64,000 nucleotides of DNA, taken from Chitinophaga pinensis (GTDB lineage Bacteria > Bacteroidota > Bacteroidia > UBA4408). Every line of letters begins with the position of its first letter. Positions within the stretch are counted from its first letter, which is position 1. Location: contig CAMAVS010000010.1 in NCBI GenBank assembly GCA_945861665.1, positions 13,371 to 77,370 of the forward strand, read 5' to 3'. Below the pieces are notes generated by a model, which was given only the letters and a program-made list of their open reading frames with translations, did not search any database and had not been told where the DNA came from. The translations under genes were made by a program, and so were the position numbers. Below are positions 50,258 to 58,961 of the stretch, piece after piece.

Positions 50258-51707
50258 TAAAATAGTAGAACAATTTTTGTACAACGAGAAGAACCCTTTG
50301 TTGTTCAATAGCGGTTTTTTTCTGTTTACCTTTTTGTTTTTTTTATTGATTTATTCACTTATTCAGAACCGTATAAGGGCACGAATTTTTTTCATTGTAG
50401 CATTTTCTGTTTATTTTTATTACAAGTCGAGCGGATGGTATTTTTTGTTGATGATAATTTCTTCTCTTGTGGCACATTATTTAGCCCAATACATTTACCT
50501 CACTCGTAATTACCGTAAACGAAAAGCCTTGATGGTATTTTCTGTAATTATTTTTGTGTCAATGTTGGGTTATTTTAAGTACACTAATTTCATCATTGGT
50601 ATCGTTAATAATTTTCGAACACAACCCGTACAGTTTGCACAGTTATTTCTACCATTGGGAATTTCCTTTTACACCTTTGAACTTATCAGTTACTGTGTAG
50701 ATGTTTATTATCGAAAAATAAAACCGGTAAAGAGTATAATGGATTTCTGCTTTTATGTTTCTTTTTTCCCACATCTTGTGGCTGGACCTATTGTACGACC
50801 TAAAGAACTTATTCCTCAAATTTATGCGAAGCTAAAACTTACACGAGAAGATGTAGGAAGGGGAGTCTTTTTAATTATGGCAGGACTCGTAAAAAAGGCA
50901 ATTATCTCAGACTATATTAGTAGCAATTTTGTCGATCGTATTTTTGATAACCCTGCTTTGTATTCGGGGGTAGAAAATTTATTGGGGGTGTACGGTTATA
51001 CACTTCAAATTTATTGTGATTTTTCGGGTTATTCGGATATGGCAATTGGAATTGCATTACTCATAGGCTACAAACTTCCTTTGAACTTTGATGCACCTTA
51101 TCGATCAACGAGTATAACGGAATTTTGGCGCAAATGGCATATCTCACTTTCTTCTTGGTTGCGTGACTATTTGTACATCCCATTGGGCGGTAATCGTACA
51201 GGAAAGTTTAAACAATACATTAATTTAATGATTACTATGTTGATTGGAGGATTGTGGCATGGTGCTTCTTGGAAGTTTGTGTTTTGGGGGGGTATGCACG
51301 GTGTTGGCTTGGCAATTGACAAATTCTTTAACGATGTAGTTAAATTTAAAAGCAATTTGTTTACCAAAGTAGTAGGTATAATTATTACATTTAATTTTGT
51401 AGCATTTTGTTGGATATTTTTTCGTGCCGATTCGTTTGAAACAGCTATAGATTTATTAACACAAGTGTTTACATCCTTTAAAGGCGAATTGTTTGTGAAT
51501 GTACTTGTGGGTTACAAGCAAGTATTTTTATTTATATTAATTGGATATTTACTTCATATTACACCTAAAACCTGGGATCAGTTTGTCGAAAACAAAGTGA
51601 TTCATTATCCTTTAATTGTACAGTCTATTTTACTTGCTATTGTTATTTGGATGGTAATACAGTGTAAGTCGGCAGAGTTACAACCCTTTATTTATTTTCA
51701 GTTTTAA
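50223..51707 (+). CDS. MBOAT O-acyltransferase (AlgI/PatA/DltB family)
   Basis: PLGISFYTF, FFPHLVAGPI, DFSGYSDMAIG, FWRKWHISLS.WLRDYLYIPLGG, GLWHGA. Confidence 0.95.
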   Translation: MDTSIIRNIHIDKIVEQFLYNEKNPLLFNSGFFLFTFLFFLLIYSLIQNRIRARIFFIVAFSVYFYYKSSGWYFLLMIISSLVAHYLAQYIYLTRNYRKRKALMVFSVIIFVSMLGYFKYTNFIIGIVNNFRTQPVQFAQLFLPLGISFYTFELISYCVDVYYRKIKPVKSIMDFCFYVSFFPHLVAGPIVRPKELIPQIYAKLKLTREDVGRGVFLIMAGLVKKAIISDYISSNFVDRIFDNPALYSGVENLLGVYGYTLQIYCDFSGYSDMAIGIALLIGYKLPLNFDAPYRSTSITEFWRKWHISLSSWLRDYLYIPLGGNRTGKFKQYINLMITMLIGGLWHGASWKFVFWGGMHGVGLAIDKFFNDVVKFKSNLFTKVVGIIITFNFVAFCWIFFRADSFETAIDLLTQVFTSFKGELFVNVLVGYKQVFLFILIGYLLHITPKTWDQFVENKVIHYPLIVQSILLAIVIWMVIQCKSAELQPFIYFQF

Positions 51708-51711
51708 GAAT

Positions 51712-52518
51712 TTACTGTGCCGTAAAATGTTTTTTTACAGAATCTGCAAATTCATCAAATATGAGCTCGTTAGATGCTACTATTTCGGCACCAAAAAGAT
51801 AATTGTTTTCGCCTTTAAAGTCAGAAATTTTTCCGCCTGCTTGTTGCACTATAAATATACCTGCTGCAACGTCCCAGGGTTTTAATCCATATTCATAAAA
51901 TCCGTCAAGCCTTCCACAAGCAACATAGGCAAGGTCGGCTGCAGCTGAGCCTAGCCTCCGAATACCGTGTGTGTGTTGCATATAGTATTTAAACAATTCT
52001 ATGTATTCATTAAGACGACTGTAATCGTAATAGGGGAAACCGGTTGCCAATAATGAATCTTTTAATTTGCTAACTGCTGATACTTGTATGGCTTTTCCAT
52101 TTAAATAGGCCGGACTATTTTCCCAAGCATAAAAAGATTCTTGTGCGTTAATTTCATAAATAACACCAAGCACTAATTCATCGTTTTTTTTTAAGGCAAT
52201 ACTAATACAAAAGCAAGCTAAACCGTGAATAAAATTGGTGGTTCCATCCAGTGGGTCGATAATCCAAGTATAATGTTCCCCTTTTTTATCGATTGTATTT
52301 TCTTCTGCAATAAAGCCACTTTCTGGAATAAATTCGGAAAGTTTTGCAATTAATTTTTTTTCGGATGTTTTGTCAACATAGCTAACAAAATCATTTTGTC
52401 CTTTTACTTCGATAGAACTGCTTTTAAATTTACCCCTTTCTTCCAAAATAAATTTGCCCGTTTCGTGGCAAAGTTCAACTACGTTTTTACAAATAAATTC
52501 TAGGTTATAATTTTTCAA
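51712..52518 (-). CDS. suhB: Inositol monophosphatase family protein
   Basis: WIIDPLDGTTNF, RRLGSAA, WDVAAG. Confidence 0.93.
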   Translation of the reverse strand: MKNYNLEFICKNVVELCHETGKFILEERGKFKSSSIEVKGQNDFVSYVDKTSEKKLIAKLSEFIPESGFIAEENTIDKKGEHYTWIIDPLDGTTNFIHGLACFCISIALKKNDELVLGVIYEINAQESFYAWENSPAYLNGKAIQVSAVSKLKDSLLATGFPYYDYSRLNEYIELFKYYMQHTHGIRRLGSAAADLAYVACGRLDGFYEYGLKPWDVAAGIFIVQQAGGKISDFKGENNYLFGAEIVASNELIFDEFADSVKKHFTAQ

Positions 52519-53678
52519 TGAGCTATAGTTTGCTTTTTCCTTTCTAACTTGTTGAAATAAAATATTCCTACCACTCCCAAGAAAAATAAAATAGTAGAAA
52601 TTATTTCGGCTTGGGTAACACCACCTAAAATGTTGTATTCTGTGTTTACACGTATCTTTTCAATTAAAAAGCGCTCAGTGCCGTTGAGAATTAGAAAAAT
52701 AGAAAATAATACGCCCGGGGTTTTTATTTTTTTACGAATGCTCCATAAAACGAAGAATAAGACAATGCACATAATGCTTTCGTAAAAAGGAGTTGGCCAT
52801 ACTGGGTTTGCTAACATATTACAATGTGAACCTTCACATTCCGATATTGGTATTCCTTCGCTAATAACATTGTGCGGGTAGCTGAACGACCACATCCAGT
52901 CTGGTAAAAAGCTCATCCAATTTGGTTTAGGTGCAAGGTTGTTAATTCCCCAGTCGCCATCACCCGAAAGCTGGCATCCGATACGACCTGTTCCGTAAGC
53001 CAGCATAATAGATGGTGCAGAAGAGTCAATTACGTGAGGAACATAAAGGTTGTTTTTATTGGCATAATAAATTACAGAAATAGAACCCAATATTAAACCT
53101 CCATACATGGTTAAACCACTAAATGATATTAAACCATCTATGGGGTCGGCCATAAATTCATCCCAATTTTCGAGATTGTGAAAAATTTTAGCCCCTATTA
53201 TTCCTGAAATAGCTGCTATGATTGTCATGTTTCCTACATATTCATGTGGATGCATCACTAAATCTTTCCATATTGGAGTAGCTAATTTTTCTTTATCCTT
53301 TTCTTTGAACTTTAAATAAGCAGATATGGCTCCACCTAACAAACCTCCAATAAAGCTACCCTCATATGATAAAAGGAAATGTTGTGGGTTGTGGGTAAAT
53401 TCATCGTAGTTTAAAATCATTCCAACAATTTTATAAGCTAATAAGAATGCTACCAAGAAAGATGTTCCAAGTTCAATAACAGAGACTTTTTTACCCACCA
53501 ATATTTTTTTCATATTAGTAAACATCAATCCTTCTGTTTCTTTTCGAAATAATTCTTTTCCAAAAAAGTAATTGGCTAATAGAAAAGAAATGGCAACAAA
53601 AAATCCAAAACTTTGAATGGGCATTGGAAGGTTAATTCCAAAAAGGTCTTTTAAAAGATCGGTGATAGTTGGATACAT
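52515..53678 (-). CDS. lgt: Prolipoprotein diacylglyceryl transferase family protein
   Basis: MYP start, GAKIFH, GLTMYGG, GRIGC, PTPFYE, ERFLIE.IR. Confidence 0.85.
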   Translation of the reverse strand: MYPTITDLLKDLFGINLPMPIQSFGFFVAISFLLANYFFGKELFRKETEGLMFTNMKKILVGKKVSVIELGTSFLVAFLLAYKIVGMILNYDEFTHNPQHFLLSYEGSFIGGLLGGAISAYLKFKEKDKEKLATPIWKDLVMHPHEYVGNMTIIAAISGIIGAKIFHNLENWDEFMADPIDGLISFSGLTMYGGLILGSISVIYYANKNNLYVPHVIDSSAPSIMLAYGTGRIGCQLSGDGDWGINNLAPKPNWMSFLPDWMWSFSYPHNVISEGIPISECEGSHCNMLANPVWPTPFYESIMCIVLFFVLWSIRKKIKTPGVLFSIFLILNGTERFLIEKIRVNTEYNILGGVTQAEIISTILFFLGVVGIFYFNKLERKKQTIAH

Positions 53679-53682
53679 AATT

Positions 53683-55023
53683 TTATGCTGATTGTTTTGC
53701 GTTTTGTTCCACTAATGTGCAACACATTGTTCCATCGATATCAAAGTGGCTCAATGTAACTAGTGTAACTTTATTAATAAGTGAAACATCGTATTCTGTT
53801 TTCACTTTTATATAGTTTGCTGTAAAGCCTGACATATATCCGTTTTTATTGTCAGCCTCAAATAGCACTTTTTGAGTGCTATTTAAATTGCTTTCATAAA
53901 ATGCATGTTGTTTTTTTGCAGAAAGCACACGCAACATTTTGTTCCTTTTGTGGCGTATATTTTTGGGTATAACTTCCTTTATTTCAATTGCCACCGTATT
54001 TGCTCTTTCACTGTATGTAAAAACGTGTAAGTATGAAACATTGAGCATATTTAAGAAGTGGTAGGTCTCTAAAAAATCTTCATCAGTTTCACCTGGAAAA
54101 CCAACAATAACATCCACACCTATACAACAGTGTGGCATAAGCTGTTTAATCCTATTTATTCTGTTTAAGTACAAATCACTCAAGTATCGCCTTTGCATCT
54201 GTTTCAATATTTTGTCAGAGCCTGATTGTAATGGAATATGAAAGTGCGGAACAAATCGCTTTGAAGTACTAATAAAATCAATTGTTTCGTTTTTTAATAA
54301 ATTTGGTTCAATGGAGGATACTCGAATACGCTCAATATTTTCGATTTTGTCGAGCTCCTTTACAAGTTCAAGAAAAGTATGCTCGTGTTTTTTATTTCCA
54401 TTTTCACCTTTCCCATAATCCCCAATATTTACACCGGTTAATACAATTTCTTTTACTCCTTGTTGGGCAATTTCGCGTGCATTTTTTAGTACATTCTCCA
54501 TTTTATCGCTGCGGCTAATACCTCTGGCAAGTGGAATGGTGCAATATGAGCAATTGTAATCGCAACCATCCTGAACTTTCAAAAAAGCGCGTGTTCTATC
54601 ACCAATAGAATAAGAGTCAACAAAAAAATCAGCATCTTCTACTTCACATGAATGAATTTCTGTGAGTGTTTTTTTTGAGAGGTCGTTTATATAATGATCG
54701 ATGTTGAATTTTTCTGTTGCACCTAACACCAGGTCTACGCCATCAATTTTTGCAATATCTTCAGGTTTAAGTTGCGCATAGCAACCCACTACAGCGATAA
54801 ATGCATTAGGAGAAGTTGCCAATGCATTTTTTACTATTTTTTTACATTCCTTATCAGCATTTTCCGTTACAGAGCAAGTGTTGATAACGTAAATGTCGGC
54901 AATTTCTGTAAATTCAACTTTTTGATAGCCATTTTTTACAAAACTACGACCAATGGTTGATGTCTCAGCAAAATTGAGTTTACAGCCTAAGGTGTAAAAA
55001 GCTACTTTTTTTGTGTCTCCCAT
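53683..55023 (-). CDS. mtaB: tRNA t6A37 methylthiotransferase
   Basis: TLGCKLN, INTCSVT, KVQDGCDYNCSYC, SSIEP, HIPLQSG, IVGFPGET. Confidence 0.95.
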   Translation of the reverse strand: MGDTKKVAFYTLGCKLNFAETSTIGRSFVKNGYQKVEFTEIADIYVINTCSVTENADKECKKIVKNALATSPNAFIAVVGCYAQLKPEDIAKIDGVDLVLGATEKFNIDHYINDLSKKTLTEIHSCEVEDADFFVDSYSIGDRTRAFLKVQDGCDYNCSYCTIPLARGISRSDKMENVLKNAREIAQQGVKEIVLTGVNIGDYGKGENGNKKHEHTFLELVKELDKIENIERIRVSSIEPNLLKNETIDFISTSKRFVPHFHIPLQSGSDKILKQMQRRYLSDLYLNRINRIKQLMPHCCIGVDVIVGFPGETDEDFLETYHFLNMLNVSYLHVFTYSERANTVAIEIKEVIPKNIRHKRNKMLRVLSAKKQHAFYESNLNSTQKVLFEADNKNGYMSGFTANYIKVKTEYDVSLINKVTLVTLSHFDIDGTMCCTLVEQNAKQSA

Positions 55024-55154
55024 TGAAGCGCAAAGATAGGGTTTTAGAATTTACTTGCATAAAATTTTAAGTTGGAAGTCGACATTTACTGCATTTTCAA
55101 TTTTTTTCTTCCAATATTAATTTTACTTTTATTCCTTCATAATTTAAACAAGTA

Positions 55155-55850
55155 ATGGAGGAAAAGAAAGAAAATAGTGATAGAATACTCGAAATTCTGA
55201 ATGAAAAATCATCCCTAAAGCAGGATGTTTTTCATACTACCATTGCTGTTTTTAATGATTTTAAGAGCGTAATGAAGGAAACTGTGGCTGCTTATAGAAT
55301 AGAATTGGCCCAAACAGATAAACGTATAGCCATCGAATTTATTGATAAAAGTGAATACGAAATGCATTTAAAAGTTGCAGGGGATATAATGATTTTTTCA
55401 ATGCATACCAACGTTTTTAAATTCGATACAAGTCATCCAATTACTAAAACATCCTATGTAAAAAGTAATGTGTATAACTCGTATTGTGGTGTTATTAATG
55501 TATACAATTTCTTGTCAGATTCATTCAAATATAATCGTATTAACGATATTGGTTATTTAATTGGCCGAATATTTATAAATAGAGAATTGCATTATTATGT
55601 TGAAGGTAAAAGGAAAATTGGATTAAGGCACAATGATTTTGTGAATTTTAAGATAGATAAAGTTGCTATAAAAGACATAATAGAATCGTTAATACTGTAT
55701 TGTTTGGAATTTGATTTGTATACACCACCTTTTGACAGTGTGGGGCAAATAAGTGTTATGGAAATTCAAGAAGCTGCAAACAATGTGCTGATAAAGACCG
55801 GAAAGCGTCTTGGCTTTCAGTTTATGGCAGAGGATAACGGGGCGAAATAA
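55155..55850 (+). CDS. Conserved hypothetical protein
   Basis: 231-aa ORF; MHTNVF, YNFLSDSFKYNR.ND.GYLIGR resembles a Bacteroidetes conserved family; function not recognised. Confidence 0.75.
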   Translation: MEEKKENSDRILEILNEKSSLKQDVFHTTIAVFNDFKSVMKETVAAYRIELAQTDKRIAIEFIDKSEYEMHLKVAGDIMIFSMHTNVFKFDTSHPITKTSYVKSNVYNSYCGVINVYNFLSDSFKYNRINDIGYLIGRIFINRELHYYVEGKRKIGLRHNDFVNFKIDKVAIKDIIESLILYCLEFDLYTPPFDSVGQISVMEIQEAANNVLIKTGKRLGFQFMAEDNGAK

Positions 55851-55927
55851 CAGAATTTCAAGATTTTTTTTGTAAAGCGTCTAAAAAAGCGTATTTTTGC
55901 AGTCCAATTTTTTGAAAACTAAAATTT

Positions 55928-55999
55928 GGCCCGTTCGTCTAGGGGTTAGGACACCAGATTTTCATTCTGGTAACAGGGGTTCGATTCCCCTACGGGCTA
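55928..55999 (+). tRNA. tRNA-Glu (TTC)
   Basis: GGCCCGT/ACGGGCT acceptor stem, CCAGA-TTTTCAT-TCTGG anticodon arm, GGTTCGATTCC T arm. TATTTTTG promoter element at 55892-55899. Confidence 0.97.
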
Positions 56000-56050
56000 C
56001 AAAATAGAGTAAATAAAGAGTAAAAAGTATAAATTATATAACAATAAAAA

Positions 56051-56302
56051 ATGGCAAATCATAAATCGTCCATAAAAAGAATAAGGACCAACGAAGCAAA
56101 AGGCGAACGCAATCATTACCAAGCTAAGTCTACCAGAACGGTTATTAAAAAATTAAGAACCACAAAGGATAAAAAAGAAGCTGAGAAATTACTTCCTGAA
56201 GTAATTTCTATGGTTGATAAATTGGCTAAGAAAAATATTATTCATAAAAACAAAGCTGGGAATTTAAAATCGAAGTTAACAAAACTCGTTAGCGCACTTT
56301 AA
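56051..56302 (+). CDS. rpsT: 30S ribosomal protein S20
   Basis: MANHKSS.KRIR, DKLAKKNIIHKNKA..LKS. Confidence 0.98.
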   Translation: MANHKSSIKRIRTNEAKGERNHYQAKSTRTVIKKLRTTKDKKEAEKLLPEVISMVDKLAKKNIIHKNKAGNLKSKLTKLVSAL

Positions 56303-56323
56303 TTTTTTCGTGGTTACAGAATT

Positions 56324-56354
56324 AAAGGCTTCCTCTTTTTGTGGAAGCCTTTTT
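56324..56354 (+). terminator. Intrinsic terminator after rpsT
   Basis: AAAGGCTTCC-N9-GGAAGCCTTTTT. Confidence 0.85.
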
Positions 56355-56367
56355 ATTTTAATTAAAG

Positions 56368-57066
56368 ATGAAAACCTATTCGGATAAATTTACAATAAAA
56401 TCGTGGGCAGAGGACGATAGACCTCGAGAAAAACTCATTTCAAAAGGCAGGCAAGTATTAAGTGATGCCGAGTTAATTGCTATTCTTATTGGCAGTGGGT
56501 CACGCGAAGAGTCGGCAGTAGAGTTGTCTAAAAAAATGCTTAAACACTACGAGAACGATATTGATGTATTGGCAAAAGTATCGGTACAAGAATTAATGCA
56601 ATTTAAAGGTATTGGTGAAGCAAAAGCTGTAAGTATTGTTGCTGCATTGGAGTTAGGCAGACGAAGGAAATACATAGAAAAAAATGAGCGTATAAAAATT
56701 GTTTCCAGTAATGACGCTTATAATTGTTTGATTGGCGATTTGATGGATTTAAATCACGAAGAGTTTTGGATATTATTGTTGTCGAGAAGCAATCACGTTA
56801 TTAAAAAAATAAACGTAAGCAAAGGCGGTGTGAGCGGAACTGTGGTGGATTCTAAAGTAATCTTCAAACACGCACTTGAGCATTTAGCAAGTTCCATTGT
56901 ATTGTGTCACAATCATCCTTCCGGAAATTTGAAACCTAGCGATGCTGATTTAAAACTTACAAAAAATTTAAAGGAAGCGGGAAGGGTTATGGATATTGTT
57001 GTGGTAGACCATCTCATTATAGGAGAAAAAAGCTATTATAGTTTTGGTGATGAAGGTATGTTGTGA
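56368..57066 (+). CDS. radC: RadC / JAB-domain protein
   Basis: RPREKL, LSDAELIAIL, GIGEAKA, HNHPSG...PS..D, DHLI. Confidence 0.95.
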   Translation: MKTYSDKFTIKSWAEDDRPREKLISKGRQVLSDAELIAILIGSGSREESAVELSKKMLKHYENDIDVLAKVSVQELMQFKGIGEAKAVSIVAALELGRRRKYIEKNERIKIVSSNDAYNCLIGDLMDLNHEEFWILLLSRSNHVIKKINVSKGGVSGTVVDSKVIFKHALEHLASSIVLCHNHPSGNLKPSDADLKLTKNLKEAGRVMDIVVVDHLIIGEKSYYSFGDEGML

Positions 57067-57158
57067 TGTTTGGAAGCTTGTTGTAAGCCCATTGTTGAAT
57101 GCTTATTTTCTGAAAAATTATGCTATATTTGTTTAGCATTAACGTTCTTAATTCTCCT

Positions 57159-57332
57159 TTATACAATAGGTGGGGCGAAAAAGTATTTGAAACAACGGAT
57201 AAGAATTATGGATGGGATGGTACTTATAAAGGCAATAATTTAAATGGTGCTCTTTTTGTGTATTATTGTTATGGTAAATACAATGATGGTTTGGAGTTTT
57301 AGCAAAATGGCGATGTAACGCTTATAAGGTAG
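57159..57332 (+). pseudogene. Orphan fragment of a T9SS type-B CTD
   Basis: LYNRWGEKVFETTDKNYGWDGTYKG...VYYCYGKYNDGLEF*QNGDVTLIR*. Internal TAG at 57300-57302; everything upstream of YNRWG is missing. Confidence 0.8.
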
Positions 57333-57334
57333 TA

Positions 57335-57369
57335 GATAATGGATAATGAAAAATTGTTAATGGTAAAGG
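57335..57369. repeat. Degenerate heptamer tandem repeat
   Basis: GATAATG-GATAATG-AAAAATT-GTTAATG-GTAAAGG. Confidence 0.35.
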
Positions 57370-57418
57370 GTACAAATAATTTTCAATTTGTTATATTTTC
57401 AAATTATCAAATTGCACT

Positions 57419-58906
57419 TTGGGAATAATTCAAAAACAAGCCATTAAAAACACTTTTTACACCTATTTAGGTGCTGTGTTGGGCTTTTTAACCAGCTCAT
57501 TCTTTTTTCCACATATTTTTAGTACCGATGAAAATGGTTTGCGTATCGTCATAACATCAATCGCATTATTGTTTGCTCAGTTTGCTAATTTAGGATTCAG
57601 CAACGTTACCATCCGTTTTTTTAGTCATTTTAGAAGCAAAGAAAACAAGCATCACGGATTTTTATTTTATCCTGTAATTATTTCTGTCATTGGCTTTTCG
57701 TTGTGGCTTATTCTTTTTTTGATTTTTAAATCAGATATCGTTTCAATGAATTCCGAGAAGTCGAAACTCCTTGCCGACTATATATTATACCTTATCCCTT
57801 TTGTTTTTTCATTGGTGTTCTTTAACGTGTTGGATGCTTATGCTCGTGCTGTTTACAGCTCAGTGGTTGGGATATTTTTAAAAGAATTATTGCAACGTGT
57901 ACTTATTATTATTTCTGCTCTATTGTATTTCTTTTCCGTAATAAATTTTAAAGGGATGGTAATAGGTTATATTATTTCATTTGCAATTCCAACTATTGTT
58001 TTAGCTGTGTACTTAATCCGAGCAGGGGAGTGGAGCCTTAAACCCGATACTTCCAAATTAAGTAAAAGTCTTGCTTCTGATATGATACGTATGGGTTTAT
58101 TTTCAATATTAAGCGGTGTTGCATCAGTTACCATTGCCGAAATAGCAAGCATTATGGTGAATCAAAAATTAGGCCTTTCTGCTGCTGGTATTTATGGAAT
58201 ATTAGCTGGTTTCGGACTTATTATTGCTTTACCTGCAAGAGCATTGTATAGAATTTCAAGTACTGTAATTGCCGATGCTTGGCAAAAAAACGATGTTAAA
58301 TCTATTAAATCAATTTATAGTAAAAGTTGTATCACACAATTATTAATAGGTTCCTTTTTGTTTTTAGGATTATGGTGCAACATTGATAGCGTGTTAATTT
58401 TACTGCCTCCGGAGTATGCCGTTGGGAAGTACATTATTTTTTTTATTGGCTTGGGTAATTTGGTGGAAATGGCAACTGGTGTAAACGGAATTATTATTGC
58501 TAATTCAAAATATTATAAGTACGATGCCTTCTTTATGGTTGCATTAATTGGCATTACCATCATCACAAACATCATTTTTATTCCTATCTATGGCATAATA
58601 GGTTCAGCTATCGCATCGGCTGTTACCATTGCAACCTTTAATGTAGCTAGGTATTTGTTTTTGTTTTTAAAGTTTGGGATGCAACCTTACAATATGCAAT
58701 CATTGAAAGTGCTGCTAGTTTCAATCACTGTATTTGCACTAAGCAGTTTAATTCCCTATTTCGATAATTTTTTTGTAAACATTTTTTTACACAGTGCACC
58801 AATTGTTATTGCTTTTTGGATACTTATTGTTAAAATGCGTGTGTCGGAAGAGATATATTCGCGTTTAAAGGTATATCTCAATTTGGTGGGAATAAAAATA
58901 CCTTAA
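57419..58906 (+). CDS. Polysaccharide flippase-like membrane protein (Wzx/MOP superfamily)
   Basis: Many TM helices, MGIIQKQ..KN...YLG..LG N-terminus, G..GSAIAS, MQPY; TTG start. Confidence 0.85.
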   Translation: MGIIQKQAIKNTFYTYLGAVLGFLTSSFFFPHIFSTDENGLRIVITSIALLFAQFANLGFSNVTIRFFSHFRSKENKHHGFLFYPVIISVIGFSLWLILFLIFKSDIVSMNSEKSKLLADYILYLIPFVFSLVFFNVLDAYARAVYSSVVGIFLKELLQRVLIIISALLYFFSVINFKGMVIGYIISFAIPTIVLAVYLIRAGEWSLKPDTSKLSKSLASDMIRMGLFSILSGVASVTIAEIASIMVNQKLGLSAAGIYGILAGFGLIIALPARALYRISSTVIADAWQKNDVKSIKSIYSKSCITQLLIGSFLFLGLWCNIDSVLILLPPEYAVGKYIIFFIGLGNLVEMATGVNGIIIANSKYYKYDAFFMVALIGITIITNIIFIPIYGIIGSAIASAVTIATFNVARYLFLFLKFGMQPYNMQSLKVLLVSITVFALSSLIPYFDNFFVNIFLHSAPIVIAFWILIVKMRVSEEIYSRLKVYLNLVGIKIP

Positions 58907-58961
58907 GACATTTCTACTTTTACTTAAAAAAACTAACTTCGTATTCTATTTTGCAAAATCT

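Noticed and set aside
56368-57066. radC as a marker of a mobile or anti-restriction element
   Set aside because: It is the full-length chromosomal form with N-terminal HhH region next to rpsT, with no mobile genes around it
37155-57332. Stop-codon reassignment or read-through explaining in-frame TAA, TGA and TAG in CTD genes
   Set aside because: Three different stop codons are involved, only in truncated accessory genes, and all three terminate intact genes normally. Pseudogenisation is simpler.
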